A stretch of DNA of 64,000 nucleotides from Macrostomum lignano (GCA_002269645.1 NIVC01000567.1:248001-312000), one strand, 5' to 3'. Positions 24,690 through 38,074 are shown, counted from the first letter of the stretch. Notes: generated by a model not told the origin, from the sequence alone. Made by a program: numbers and translations.

Positions 24690-26210
24690 CAGTGCTGTGC
24701 TGGGGAGAATTACTGAGACGTCAAGGCTCACAGAGAATAACTGAGATTACAGGTGGGGGGGGGGGTTTCTGAGATGTCAAAGCAAAAGTCAGAAGCTACT
24801 TCAAAGTTCATGTACTTTACTCAATTTTTATTACATTCATTGTTGGCTCGCCACAGGGGGGGCGCTGATAGAAGCAGAGTCATGTAAAAAATAAAAGTAG
24901 CACTATGTATACATATAAGAAAAGTCATGTCGAAGTTAAAAGATTCATTTGGGAATTGCTACAATGTCAAAGCTTGGTGGAAATCGTTATAGTGCTGGTG
25001 ATTCTTAAAGAAGGAAACACTAAAATTCCAAGGCTTAGGGGAGAAGAATTGCTGAGATTTCAAGGCTTTAGGTTGGGTTAAAGTTAGGTTTAGGTCAGGT
25101 GTGGGTTGAGGGTTATATTTTATCGGGTTTCAAGGTTAACAGGGGATTTTTTTAGATTTCAAGATTTATGGGGGGCATCGCTGACATGTCAAGGCTTACG
25201 GGGGAATAGCTGAGATGTCAAGGCTCACGGGGGTATAAATGAGATTTCAAGGCTAAAGTCAGAAGCTACATGTAGTTTAATGAAAACTTTTTATTACATT
25301 TTTTGTTGGCTCCTCAGGGCTCACTGATAGAAAAAGCATAATGTAAAAAATAAAAGAAGCTTCATGTCGAAGTTAAGAGATTCATTTGGGAATCCCTACG
25401 ATGTCGAGGCTTGCAGGGAATCGCTATAACGCTGTAGTAGTGCTATAATGACTCAGAATTACTGAAATTTCAATGCTTTAGGGTTAGGTTAGGGTTAGGG
25501 TTAGGGTTAGGGTTAGGCTAGGGTTAGGGTTAGGGTTAGGGTTAGGCTAGGGTTAGGGTTAGGGTTAGGCTAGGGTTAGGGTTAGAAGGTTGACAGATTT
25601 TTTTAGACTTCAAGGCTTATTTGGGGCATCGCTGAGATGTCAAGGGGGGAGTTGATTTGTTAAAGCTTGTGGGGGGAATTACTGACATTTCAAGGCTTAC
25701 AAGGGACTTCTGAGGTATATTGCAAAGAGATGCTACATGTAGTTTATTACAAAACTTGTACTGTATTTTTGGCTCCCTAACGCTAAGATACTAAGCTAAA
25801 AATAATACAAGCTCTTCACAAACTTATGCAGATGTCAGGCTGTAGGGTTAGTGTTAGGGTTGGTATTAGGGTTTAGGTTTAGGGTTAGGTTCAGGGTTAT
25901 TGCGTTAAGATTCGGGTTAGGGTTAGGGTTAGGGTAGCTTATAACTTGGCTCATTTAGCTTATTAAAAATGTTTATCATGGAAGCATCATGCAAAAATAA
26001 TGGAAGCGTCATGCAAAAACAATGGAAGCGTCATGCCAAAAATCATAGAAGCATCGATCATGCAAAAACTCATGGACAAAATATTGAATTTAGGGTTTTG
26101 GTTAGGGTTAGAATTTTGACAGGAGATTTTTTAAGATTTCAAGGCTACATGTAGCTTATTAAAAATACGTGTATTGCATTTCTTTGGCTCCCCAACGGGG
26201 GGCGTAGATT
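24690..26210. repeat. Degenerate composite repeat (period about 450 bp) with embedded TTAGGG tracts
   Basis: Recurring blocks gagat(g/t)tcaaggct, gctacatgtag..tta and ttggctc. (TTAGGG)n-like tracts at about 25070-25110, 25477-25585, 25840-25935 and 26090-26110. Confidence 0.75.
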
Positions 26211-26238
26211 GCTAGTAGATACTATAGATAGATAACTA

Positions 26239-26269
<31 letters not shown>

Positions 26270-27193
26270 TTTGTCGAAGTAAGGGTTAATTAGCATGGCA
26301 CAGATTTTAAATTGTTCCTTGTATAAAAACGTTAGTTCTGCGTGTAGGAAACAACATGGATTTGCTCAAAAAAATTCTATTTTGTAACCATGGTAATATT
26401 TGTTAAACTGCTTACAGACAGTTTCTCTTATTTTTAACTTGACTTTTAGGATTACAATTTTCGTCAACCTAGGTTCTAAACATATGGCTAATGTGCTAGA
26501 TTATTTTATTGGATTGGGTTCAACTAATTACTAGTTTATGCTTTTTTAATTAATTCAATATTAAGTATTAATATTAATAGCTTAAGTATTAATAGCTTAA
26601 GTATTTTTTGGTTTTCTTGACAAGTCAATTGATTGTGATAATCTCTACGATATAGTTAATTACATAGTGAAGCGAATCGTGAAGCGGCATGGAAGATTTT
26701 ATAGATTTTAACAGGAAAAGACATATGTATAGAACAGTTATTTTCTTTTTTTATTCATGTTAACTTCGACTGGACATAGTAAAAGCTATAAGTATTGTAG
26801 ACGTATTTAGGTACAGTTAATAGTAGTATAAAAAAATAACTTTAACTTAAGATCAATACGCGTTTCCAGATTTTATTAATAATAGAAGGCTAAAAACGTA
26901 TAAGTAATACTATTTATTTTGACTTCAGGTTTTATTTTTCATTATTCAACTTTTTAAAAGTAAATCAGATTTTGTTTTTTATTAAATATTTTTTAATAAT
27001 AATATACTGTGCATGTATTTATACAATAGAAAGAATTGAGCAGATTTTTTATTCATTTTTAATTAATTAAGATTGACTTTCAATTGTTATTTGTCCATCA
27101 GTTTTTATTTTGCTATTGGGTGGAATTTTGTTCCATATTCCTACATTGAATTTTAATAACCTAGTAACATTTCAGCCACAATAATAAGCACTC

Positions 27194-27314
27194 ATGTCAG
27201 ACAGCGCAGAAGTGCATGAGCCTCCATCTGATGACTATTCCATAAGAGATGACCAGCTAGCTGCTATGGAAGAGTTGGACAGACTTCAGAAAGTCAGTCC
27301 AAATGATTGGAATG
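27194..27314 (+). CDS. CCDC181: CCDC181-like, exon 1
   Basis: ATG at 27194, MSDSAEVHEPPSDD..., GTAGGT donor in phase 1. Confidence 0.65.
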
Positions 27315-27441
27315 GTAGGTCAGACATATGCTAGAGTCATTAGTACTGTGCATCATGGGATGCAGCCTAGTTTTAAATTGTTAATCTGTGTGCGCTTTTA
27401 AAATGTATTCTGATGTATAAATTACAACATCTCATTTTTAG

Positions 27442-27477
27442 ATGAGAGAGATCAACAGTACTACCAACCGCTACTAG
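27442..27477 (+). CDS. CCDC181: CCDC181-like, exon 2 (36 nt)
   Basis: Acceptor tttttAG, GTAAAC donor, phases 1/1. Confidence 0.55.
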   Translation: MREINSTTNRY

Positions 27478-27549
27478 GTAAACAGGCCCAGCTTGCTTGT
27501 CCTGTGTCATAGTGTTACTATTAGAAGTGTCAGATGACAACCATATATA

Positions 27550-28332
27550 GCAAGTGTCAGACATCAGTGTAACTAAGTGTCAGACAGCAGTGTAGCAAGT
27601 GTCAGACATCAGTGTAACTAAGTGTCAGACAGCAGTGTAGCAAGTGTCAGACATCAGTGTAACCAAGTGTCAGACAGCAGTGTAGCAAGTGACAGACATC
27701 AGTGTAACTAAGTGTCAGACAGTAGTGTAGCAAGTGTCAGACATCAGTGTAACTAAGTGTCAGACATCAGTGTAGCAAGTGGCAGACATCAGTGTAGCAA
27801 GTGTCAGACAGCAGTGTAGCAAGTGTCAGACATCAGTGTAGCAAGTGTCAGACATCAGTGTAGCCAAGTGTCAGACAACAGTGTAGCAAGTGTCAGACAT
27901 CAGTGTAGCAAGTGGCAGACATCAGTGTAGCAAGTGTCAGACAGCAGTGTAGCAAGTGTCAGACATCAGTGTAGCAAGTGTCAGACATCAGTGTAGCCAA
28001 GTGTCAGACAACAGTGTAGAAAGTGTCAGACATCAGTGTAGAAAGTGTCAGACATCAGTGTAGAAAGTGTCAGATAACAGTGTAGCAAGTGTCAGACATC
28101 AGTGTAGTAAGTGTCAGACATCAGTGTAGCAAGTGACAGACATTAGTGTAGCAAGTGGCAGACAACAGTGTAGCAAGTTTCAGACATCAGTGTAGCAAGT
28201 GGCAGACAACAGTGTAGCAAGTGTCAGACAACAGTGTAGCAAGTGGCAGACATTAGTGTAGCAAGTGTCAGACAACAGTGTAGCAAGTGTCAGACATCAG
28301 TGTAGCAAGTGTCAGACAGCAGTGTAGCAAGT
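27550..28332. repeat. 22 bp minisatellite (GTGTCAGACATCAGTGTAGCAA), intronic
   Basis: Tandem array of about 35 units. Confidence 0.96.
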
Positions 28333-28350
28333 CCATGTAATGAACCACAG

Positions 28351-28824
28351 AGCCACCAGCGGACTACGAGGAGACGGTAGCCAGGCTGGAGACTCTCAAC
28401 GCCGAGCTTCAACGGGAGCCGACACCGCCACCAGCTGAAAAGCGACCATCCAGAATCAGATTCAGCGAGCAGCTGGTCCAAGTAGCTCCTTCGCCGTCGC
28501 CTCCGCCGACTACTCAGGACGACAAGTCGTCAACGCCAAGGGACTTCGTTCCGGACTCCGTAGATGACGATACTGATCCATCAACCGAAGGCGATGCAGC
28601 CGACGATCAGTCTGTGACTGTTGACAGCCATTACGGTGGCAGGAATAATGTCCAAATGGACGACATGAATTGCCAAGACGCTTCATCATTGAGATCGGCT
28701 TCGCCTGAAGTGGAGAGAAACTCCGCTACAAGGGAAGTGGATGATGATAACAATGCTAAATCAACTGGTGACGACCGCGGACACGAGAAGCCTTCGACAA
28801 CGAATAGGAAGGGTCGGACTATGG
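28351..28824 (+). CDS. CCDC181: CCDC181-like, exon 3
   Basis: Open acidic/Pro-rich frame between an aaccacAG acceptor and a GTAGGA donor; phases 1/1. Confidence 0.7.
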
Positions 28825-29091
28825 GTAGGAACTGACATTTTTGTTTACGACTTGCTTCGCTTAGAGATCTTAACAGTCAGGGGTTTGAATTGGGCTTGAG
28901 GGTTGGACCAATCATGGCTGTGAATCGGACGACAACTTCCTCAGCCAATTTTCGTGCACACAAGGTCCAAATGAATGTCGAAATCACTAGCTCAGAGGAC
29001 AGTTAAGCTTGTCAATGTCACATCAGATCATCAGCTCTAACTTTTGCTGCAAAAAATGATCTCGAGACATAACTCCCCAACATTTGCAAAG

Positions 29092-29533
29092 CTTCGAGTC
29101 CCCGGTCCAACGGTTCGGCCGCTTCTAGCGACGACAACGGCTTCCGGCTATGGTTGCAAGCCAAAAATGAGCAGAAACGCAGAGAGGAACGCCGGGAGCT
29201 CGAACGCCAGCAACGCCAAGCCGAGGCTGAAGAGCAGGAACGCCAGAAACGAGCAGAGACGCAGAAAAGTTTTGAAGCCTGGCTGGAAGAAAAGCGCAAG
29301 CGACAGAAGCAGGAGGAGCAGCAGAGATCCGAACGGGAGAAAGCCGAGAAGGAACAACGCGACAAAGAGGCTGAGGAGAAGCGAGAACAGCAGCCAACTT
29401 TTGGCCAGTGGCTGTCCGACAAGCGGTCGCAGAGCGCCAGGGAGAGGGTCTACGCCAAGGCTGAGGAGGAGGAGGCCCTGCAGACCAGCAGTCGGGGTCA
29501 CACGCCCAGAGAAGCGCGTCGAGCGTACCGACG
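29092..29533 (+). CDS. CCDC181: CCDC181-like, exon 4 (charged coiled coil)
   Basis: Repeated F.xWL motifs (FRLWLQAK, FEAWLEEK, FGQWLSDK) within E/K/R-rich helices; GTGAGA donor in phase 2. Confidence 0.8.
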
Positions 29534-29599
29534 GTGAGACAGATTTATTGACTAATTGGTTGTAAAAGTTGTCATACTGGTCCGGACTAGTAGTTAATA

Positions 29600-29835
29600 C
29601 CTGTTAGACAGGATAGTGTCACCTGTTAGACAGGAGTGTCACATTTTATACAGGAGTGTCACATGTTAGACAGGAGTGTCACCTGTTAGACAGGAGTGTC
29701 ACCTGTTAGACAGGAGTGTCACCTGTTAGACAGGAGTGTCACCTGTTAGACAGGATAGTGTCACCTGTTAGACAGGAGTGTCACCTGTTAGACAGGAGTG
29801 TCACATTTTAGACAGGAGTGTAACCTGTTAGACAG
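29600..29835. repeat. 20 bp minisatellite (ACCTGTTAGACAGGAGTGTC), intronic
   Basis: About 11 tandem units. Confidence 0.93.
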
Positions 29836-30000
29836 AAGTGTTTACTTATAAGACAGCTGACTATCATATGTTGGTCACCCGATAGACATGAAGAGCCAAT
29901 TGATATTAAATTAAGAGCGCAAAAGATCAAATTTGATCGGTGTCAAAGCCGCAACTTTTAAATAAGATCAATTAACGGTTTTTTCATATTTTTAAACCAG

Positions 30001-30169
30001 ATGGCTTCGTCGAAAAAGCGAGCAGGAGCGCCGAGAAGCGCAGGAGATGCAGCAGCGGCTGAGGATAGCCAATCTGACAATGCGACGGACTCGACGCTCC
30101 AGGGAGCTGGCGAGCGCCATGCTGGCGGCGAACAGCTTCAGATATCTCGACTATTACGGCTGTCGGTAA
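30001..30169 (+). CDS. CCDC181: CCDC181-like, last exon
   Basis: WLRRKSEQERRE...SFRYLDYYGCR* resembles the CCDC181 C-terminus (WLRRKRME...PFRFTDHYN). The spliced CDS is 1242 nt, 413 aa. Confidence 0.78.
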
Positions 30170-31365
30170 TGTAGCTCGTAATTTTAATAGCAAGAAACAT
30201 ACCGTCACACAGATTTTTTTGAAAAATGTTGCACAAAAGCGTAACGCTACATATATTAGCATAACAGTTTGAATTTTGAATTTAAATTAGCGCCAAAATT
30301 TCCGGCTTTATTTTTGCTTGCTTAAAACTACACACAGTTGTTATGCATGTACAAGTATTGACAGCACGGTTTTTCGCCCTCTAGTAGTTATCGAACACAA
30401 AAGAATTGTTGCTACTTCTTGCTAAAATAAGCTACGACGAGTTAAGTTATCTGATCGACGTCTGAGAAATGTTAGCGTTTTTATTCGAAGAATATTTGTG
30501 CGGCGCTTTCTCAGGGTAATTACATTTTTTATACTTCGAATTTAAATTGGCGCCAAAGCATTCCGGCTTTAGTTCGGTTCAAGACAAATGGTAAGCAGCC
30601 GTTTCAAGTAACGATCGTGGTGTAAATTATTTTAATTGCAATTATAATTATTCAAGTGTCCTGAATATATATACGATTGCTAAATACTTATTTTAATGAA
30701 GATTAAGTTGTCTTCATTTATCGTACGTGTAAAGATTGTTATCTTATCCACGGTAAAACCTGTTTTTCGTTTCAATTTTTATTTCTTAATTTTTTAAAAC
30801 ATTGTCTACCACGATATTATTTACATTTGCAGTGGTCTTTTTGCTATAATTCCTATACTTTCTACGAGCGTATATATATATATATATAATTGAAGCCTAA
30901 CAAGTCTTCCGTCTATGACATCTGTCGGACTTTCACATCATTTATCAATTTGTTATTGTTAGCTTCAAATTTTGATCTGATCGTGCTACACGATTGTCCA
31001 TACATATTTTCTGTATTTATAAGCGTTGAGTTATACTCCACTGTTTTTTAAAAGGATTTGTGGTATTGAGTGAAATATAACTGTTGTGAAACCTGGAAAT
31101 TTCCAAAGATCATTTTATTCGGATAAATTACGTGTAAATTTTCGCGCCGTTGTTACAATGCTTTTTCAACACTATACACATGACATGTATTTTGAAATAA
31201 AAAACTACGAGGGGCCTCCGGAAAGTAGTGTTACTATTACTCGGTGTGGACGTATGGAAAGTTGCACTTGCATGAGTTTGGTGTCATTTGAAAGCGGCAA
31301 GTCTCTTCTTTAAAATGACACCAATTGCAAGAGATTTGAATATGTGCTTCAAGAGATCTGTCTCT

Positions 31366-31915
31366 TGTCTCTCCCTGTCTCTTGGTGGGCGCCCCTGTCT
31401 CTTGGTGGGCGCCCCTGTCTCTTGGTGGGCGCCCCTGTCTCTTGGTGGGCGCCCCTGTCTCTTGGTGGGCGCCCCTGTCTCTTGGTGAGCGCCCCCTGTC
31501 TCTTGGTGGGCGCCCCTGTCTCTTGTCTCTTGTCTCTCCCTGTCTCTTGGTGGGCGCCCCTGTCTCTTGGTGAGCGCCCCCTGTCTCTTGGTGGGCGCCC
31601 CTGTCTCTTGTCTCTTGTCTCTCCCTGTCTCTTGGTGGGCGCCCCTGTCTCTTGGTGGGCGCCCCTGTCTCTTGGTGGGCGCCCCCTGTCTCTTGGTGGG
31701 CGCCCGTGTCTCTTGTTGGGCGCCCCTGTCTCTTGGTGGGCGCCCCTGTCTCTTGGTGGGCGCCCCTGTCTCTTGGTGGGCGCCCCTGTCTCTTGGTGGG
31801 CGCGCCCTGTCTCTTGGTGGGCGCCCCTGTCTCTTGGTGGGCGCCCGTGTCTCTTGGTGGGCGCCCCTGTCTCTTGTTGGGCGCCCTTGTCTCTTGGTGA
31901 GCACCCCTGTCTCTC
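31366..31915. repeat. 20 bp GC-rich minisatellite (CTGTCTCTTGGTGGGCGCCC)
   Basis: Tandem array; source of many spurious ORFs. Confidence 0.96.
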
Positions 31916-32682
31916 AAGTGTTCCTGTCTTCCACTCGATCCGCTCTGCGTACATCACGGGTTGCAGTGAATTCATTAAGCGACATTGCTTCAATGCCGAG
32001 TTACTACTTCAAGCGTGTGGCAAGCATGCAGATTGGAAAGCATCGAGTCGCACGCCTGCATGCAGTAGTGTTGTTGGGCTTCAGTCTAACAGAGGACGAG
32101 ATGGAAGGTGAAAAATGGCATAGAAAAAAGTTAATATACGCTTCAACCTTAGCCAAAGTACATTCGCGTGTGTGCCGAAGTTACAAACTGGTTAGTGCAG
32201 CGATTCGGCTGGGTTAGGGGATGCCACACGCACACACACACACACACACACCGTGCTGCATGCAATATGCCGGACCCCAAAGACCATAAAACATCTTCCC
32301 AAACCTCCTCTTCAGATGCCGATTCGGAACTCTCCCACTTTCCCAGATTCCCAATTTCCGTGCCTCGCTTTCCCCCCCCCCTGCGTCCTCCATCTCCCCC
32401 AATTCTAGAGACTCGACTAAACACGCAGCAGCAGCCAGCGAAAGACGCAAAGTCCAACCAACCACGAACTGTCCCATTTCCCTGGTCCGGGAGATCGCCA
32501 TTCCCTATAAATATGAAGCTCTAGTCAGGACTGCGCTGCCTACAGATTAGGCAAAAGTCGTAGTGGAACTGTTTATAATTGTCCCAAATCAGCGTAAATC
32601 TTGACCAGCAGTATATACTGCAGTAAATGCTTACTTAGCTGGCATTTCTAGGAAATAGTTTGCGGTGTTAGTGCCAGGGAAA

Positions 32683-33534
32683 ATGTCCCAGACTAACAGC
32701 GCCTGCAACAGAAGTTTCGGCGCAGCGTCGTCGATCGCGGCCGCAAATCCTGGCTTGCTGCTTTCTCGGCTATCCGACGACTTCCTGCGCTGTCCTCAGT
32801 GCCTTCTGCACTTCGAGCAGCCGCGGCTTCTTGTTTGCCTGCACGCCGTCTGCCGCGGCTGTCTGGACACCTTGGCAGCTGCGGCGGCGCCTACAAGACC
32901 GTCGCGTTATCGAAGCATCCAGATCAGCGTCCAGTGTCCGACTTGTCACCGACTGACTGACGTCACTCCCGGAGTTGATCGCCTACCGATTGACAGTGTC
33001 CGAACTCGACTGCTTGAGCTGGTGAGCTTGGCTCAGGAACAGACTGCTGCTGCGTCTTCTTCTTGTGCTTCTACTAGTGCCGCCATGAGCGACGGAGCCG
33101 CCGCGGAGCTGTGCGACCTCTGCAATCGAAGCCGGCAAGCCAGCAGCAGGTGCTTGGACTGCGGCAAGCTTCTCTGCATCGCTTGTCGTCAGCGGCATCG
33201 GCGAGTGCGCGTCACCAGCGAGCACGAATTGGTAGACGTTGACCGGCAAATGGAGCTCCGATGCGAACGGCACAGCGACGAGCTGGTGCGATTTTTCTGC
33301 ACCTCCTGCCAGACACCGGTGTGCATCGGGTGCACCTTCTCGAGCGAGCACGCGGAGCACACAGTGCTCAAGTTCAAAGACGCCGCCCAGCAGAAGGCGG
33401 ACGAATTGGCCGAGTTCTCCCGGCTCAGCGGTGACAAGCTGCGCCAGGTGAGATCGGCTCTGCAACTGGCCAGGAATATCGAGGCGCACCTCACTGACAC
33501 GGAGACGGCTATCCGGGAGGCTGCCAACCAGCAG
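32683..33534 (+). CDS. TRIM-family protein, exon 1 (RING, two B-boxes, start of coiled coil)
   Basis: CPQC...CLHAVCRGC...CPTC RING; CDLC..CLDC..LCIAC..H B-box1; CERH..FFCTSCQTPVCIGC..H B-box2; GTCAGT donor in phase 0. Confidence 0.93.
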
Positions 33535-33896
33535 GTCAGTTTAGGCGTTTAGTTTAGAGTCACAGCATTATAGCGATTCCCCGAGCCTTAACATCTTAGA
33601 AATATCCAATGAGCCAATTAACATCTCAGAAATATCCTATGAGCCTTGGCATCTTAGCAATTCCCCAATTAATCTTTTAGTGTCTGTGCATGAGGCTTAT
33701 TGTATGTTTGACATGATGATTCTTTTACTTTTGCATGACCATAATTTCGGTGACAATATCTTACGAGAGACTACTATTTAGTTCTGAGGGGGACGAATCA
33801 AGGCGCCAGATTGCAGGCAGGCAGCACTTACATGCACAACAGGGTGTAACGGCGTCCTTGACTTTCTCTGGCCGAACTACCGACCTTCCTCTACAG

Positions 33897-35355
33897 GTAG
33901 CGGCAATCAAAGCAGCTCAGCAGATTCTGCTGGAGGAGCTGCGCAGTTTCTACGACTGCTGCTCGAATCTGCTGTCCGGTCGGCACGAAATCGCAGCGGC
34001 ACTTCGCGATCTCACCGAGGTCAGCAGCTTCAGCGAGCTGGTGGAACGCGGCCGCTACTCCGAGTCGCTGATGCTGGCGCCTCGAGTGGCGGCTACCCTG
34101 GCTCGCTACACCAACTACCAGCCGCCGACGCCGCCGCCGACGCCGCGCCGATTCCGGCTGCTGTTTCTCGACGCCGCTTCGTCAAACGAAGTGACGACGC
34201 CGGCCATCACCCTTGGAAGATTGGAGATGCAACGCCTGACGGCGTCCTGCTGCTTCAGCGAGAGCGGCAGCACCGCCGGCAGCTGCGTTGATGTCACCTC
34301 GTTAAGCAGCAGCGACAGCGGCAGCAGCTGCGATCTGACAGCCGACGCCGGGGAAGAAGAAGCCTCCGTCATGGCTGAGTCATTTTTCACGTACGACAAC
34401 AGCACGCTTCGCTCGTCGGTGTGCCGGTCGCTGACAACCGACACTCTGGTGGCAAGTAGCGTAGACGCCGAATGCCAAACCGACTTCCATCTGGTAGTGC
34501 AACTCGGCTTTGCCAAGGCCTGCAGGCACGAATTCCTACAGAATGTTACTGGGGCATCAAATTCGCTGGTAGCAACTGACGAACTGGATCAATCGAGCGT
34601 GACGGTGTGTCAACAGGATTTACTACTGACGAGGGAGCAGTGCACAAATTACTTGGAACCTGTGCTGCAGATTGCGCTACCCTGTTCGGAGACCAAAGGT
34701 GTGTTCTGCAACGCGGTCACTACCTGGCAACACGATCTCGACTCTGTTGCCATTCTCCAAACGGAACCAAGAAGACGTCAAACATCGGAGGACGAAGTTC
34801 GAGTCTGCAGCGTGATGTTCTCTTCAATGGAAAGCAACGACTGCGACAGTTTAGAATTGAATTCGCCGCCAAAGTTGCTCAGTAGCGTTGGTTGTCAAGG
34901 CGACAAGAGGTCGAGTGAATTAGCGACGCCGAAAACCGCAACAGTTGCGGCAACGCAGACGCCGCATTTGCCACGTCGCCGAGACTTGGCCGACGGCTGC
35001 TCGCAAACAGCTCAGCTGGCTTCGTTCTCGCGCAACATCCAGGTAGAGGCCGACTCCGAGGAGCGAGCAACTCAGACCGTTCGGCTACGGCGCTGGGACG
35101 AGAGCCGAGTGGACCGGGCCACCCAGTGGGAGCCGGGCCCCGCCCGGACCTACCAGGAGTTCTACCGATCCGGCCGGCTCGTTCGCGTGGTCGGCTGCAG
35201 CGGCGACGTTTGCAACTCGCTAGCGCTGAGCCCGAGAGCCACACGGCGGCATGGAGACGCGTCGTCTGCAGCATCGAAAACCGCCGAAGAACCTCAGCTG
35301 CACCAGCTGACTCAGATGATGAAATCCAAACCCCAACCAGAAGTCCTTCCTTTAG
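33897..35355 (+). CDS. TRIM-family protein, exon 2 (coiled coil and long S/T-rich tail)
   Basis: Acceptor ctctacAG, 1459 nt open, GTAATT donor in phase 1. Confidence 0.8.
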
Positions 35356-35624
35356 GTAATTCTTGGTTTACTGAACAGCTCTCGTGCCACTCGTTCACAT
35401 CCATTTGGGGCTTGTGCTCGAAAGTTGATCGGGGGAGTTGTTGTACGATTCACACTCATGAAGGCCAGCCGCCAAGGCACGGAGAGTGCACATTCCTGAC
35501 GATTCGAAAGTCAAAGGGTCGCTGTATGCCCCGTGTGAAAGTGTGTGTGCGAGTGCGTGTTTGCGTACAGCGTTGCGCCGTACGAATTTCCCGCAACCCT
35601 CTTTTCCCAATCTTTATTTTCCAG

Positions 35625-35836
35625 GTCATTCTTCGTCCACATGCGCTGCGGGTGTTCCGTCGACATCAGGAGCTCGGCCAGCAGCCAGTGGCGTTAAATT
35701 TCCCAAACCTTCGGCGACGGCGAAGCCCGAGGAGACCATGTCCTCCCTGGATCGGCTGAGGAATTTCTGCTCGCGATTGAGACAGCGCAGGACGGGACTA
35801 GGGAAGCAGAAAGTTGTGCTGCTGACGGACCAGTGA
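35625..35836 (+). CDS. TRIM-family protein, last exon
   Basis: Acceptor ttttccAG, phase-compatible, ends VVLLTDQ*. The spliced protein is about 840 aa. Confidence 0.7.
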
Positions 35837-36804
35837 CTGGGCGGTTTGAGCAGAGTAAATTGGGGAAATTTCAAATTTCAAAGGTCAAATTTCACTTCAA
35901 AACGCGTTAGGAAGTCTGATCTTTTGTTCACAGGTCTATTGACTCCTCTCCTCTCCACTCTCCACTTCACTCCTCTCCTTTCCTCTCCTCTCGTCTCCTC
36001 TCATCTCTTCTCTCCTCTCCTCTCCTGTCCTCTCCTCAGACATAAACGAGCTTTTCAAGAGTATAAATGGCTGGTCGACCCCAAAATTGGAGCAAAAAGT
36101 AATAAGATGCGCATTTGAAGAAAAATCAGACCTTAGAAGTAATCCCCCTAAGCTATTAGTATCTGAGGTTTATGATGCGGTAACCGGAAACTTTTTGATT
36201 TCATAATTTCACTGATTACTTTGCATATCGTTCGTTTTTGTTCAAGCATACGCTCGTACGCCTACTTAAAAGTAGTCTATTGGTTTTGTAATATTTTCAA
36301 CGTTTAAAACTAACTTTCAATGCCACAGTTTTTTATCTGATAAATTTTCTCATGTACTAATATGCTACTGAATAATCGTAAGTTGCAGTAGCAACATATT
36401 TATACATATAGGACGTGACCACAGATAATAAATACAGATTTAGTATCTGTGGACGTGACTGCAGGATTAAATATAAATTTATTTTATTTTTCAGCATATT
36501 CTACCATCTAAGAAAAGTCTTTTAACTAAAAATTCTTCATTGCTATCTTTAATTGAGTTTATGTGGGGTTTATGGTTAATTTAGTACCTAATAAAGGTTT
36601 CGACTTGACTTGAGTTCAAAGGCAGACAGAGAAAGGGTGGAGCGGCTCTTGCATCCGGGATCTCCTGTAATAAAATGGGATATCGAAAAAGCTCTTTTTG
36701 GGAAGAAAGCCAATCGAAAAAGATAAAAGTTAAAGCTTGTTTTACTGGAATCAAATTGGAAGTCACCAAAAAACTTTTAACTTTTCTTTCCTTGTCTCAA
36801 TCTC

Positions 36805-37715
36805 GTTCCATACCTCACTGTCTCCCTCTTCACATCTCACTGTCTCCCGCTCCACATCTCACTGTCTCCCGCTCCACATCTCACTGTCTCCCTCTTCACA
36901 TCTCACTGTCTCCCGCTCCACATCTCACTGTCTCTCTCTCCACATCTCACTGCCTCCTTCTCCACATCTCACTGTCTCCCTCTCCACATCTCACTGTCTC
37001 TCTCTCCACATCTCACTGTCTCCTTCTCCACATCTCACTGTCTCCCTCTCCACATCTCACTGTCTCCCTCTCCACATCTCACTGTCTCCCTCTCCACATC
37101 TCACTGTCTCCCTCACCACATCTCACTGTCTCCCTCTCTACATCTCACAGTCTCCCTTTCCTTATCTTGCAGTCTCCCGCTTCACATCTCACTGTCTCCA
37201 TCTCAACATCTCACTATCTCTCTCTCCACATCTCACTGTCTCCCTCTCTACATCTCACTGTCTCCATCTCAACATCTCACTGTCTCCCTCACCACATCTC
37301 ACTGTCTCCCTCACCACATCTCACTGTTTCCCTCTCCACATCTCACTGTCTCCCTCTTCACATCTCACTGTCTCCCTCACCACATCTCACTGTCTCCCTC
37401 TCCACATCTCACAGTCTCCCTTTCCTTATCTTGCAGTCTCCCGCTTCACATCTCACTGTCTCCATCTCAACATCTCACTATCTCTCTCTCCACATCTCAC
37501 TGTCTCCCTCTCTACATCTCACTGTCTCCATCTCAACATCTCACTGTCTCCCTCACCACATCTCACTGTCTCCCTCTCCACATCTCACTGTCTCCCTCAC
37601 CACATCTCACTGTCTCCCTCACCACATCTCACTGTCTCCCTCACTACATCTCACTGTCTCCCTCACCACATCTCACTGTCTCCCTCACTACATCTCACTG
37701 TCTCCCTCACCATTA
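36805..37715. repeat. 22 bp minisatellite (CATCTCACTGTCTCCCTCTCCA)
   Basis: Tandem array with an internal duplicated variant block. Confidence 0.96.
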
Positions 37716-38074
37716 CTCCCATTGAGAGTCCAGTTCAGCTTTTTTCAAAACCATTTTACTAAAAGAAAGAAGATTCTCGACAGTTCACCCATCAGGTACA
37801 TCAAAGAACCATGCAAGGTCTTCTTTTTAACTTTAACTTTGAAGTTTCTGACATCAAAGCGATATCGCCCAGCTAGTGCTTTGTTACCGTGGCGAGTAAG
37901 TTTACCCTTGCCGATGGGAGTTGTAAAATGTCAGGAGAAAAAGAGAGCAGTTGCTTGTGCGAGCTATACTGAGGACTCAGTCAGTGACTCGATCGTTTTA
38001 AAAGAAATTTTAAATTGTAAATTGACAAAATTTACTTCAGCATGGGTCCGAGTGCCACGGTGTGTCATAGTTAG

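Noticed and set aside
24846-24868. CTCF-like motif (gccacaggggggcgctg)
   Set aside because: It is a single imperfect match inside a repeat unit, with no supporting evidence.
25477-25935. TTAGGG tracts as a true chromosome end
   Set aside because: They are short, degenerate and flanked by genes on both sides, so they are interstitial.
32168-32524. Pro-rich ORF upstream of the TRIM gene
   Set aside because: It has no recognisable domain, includes a CA microsatellite, and has no splice link to the TRIM exon.
33735-33896. 5' part of the 674 aa ORF, and its tail after 35355
   Set aside because: These lie outside the splice sites of the phase-consistent TRIM model and are probably intronic read-through.
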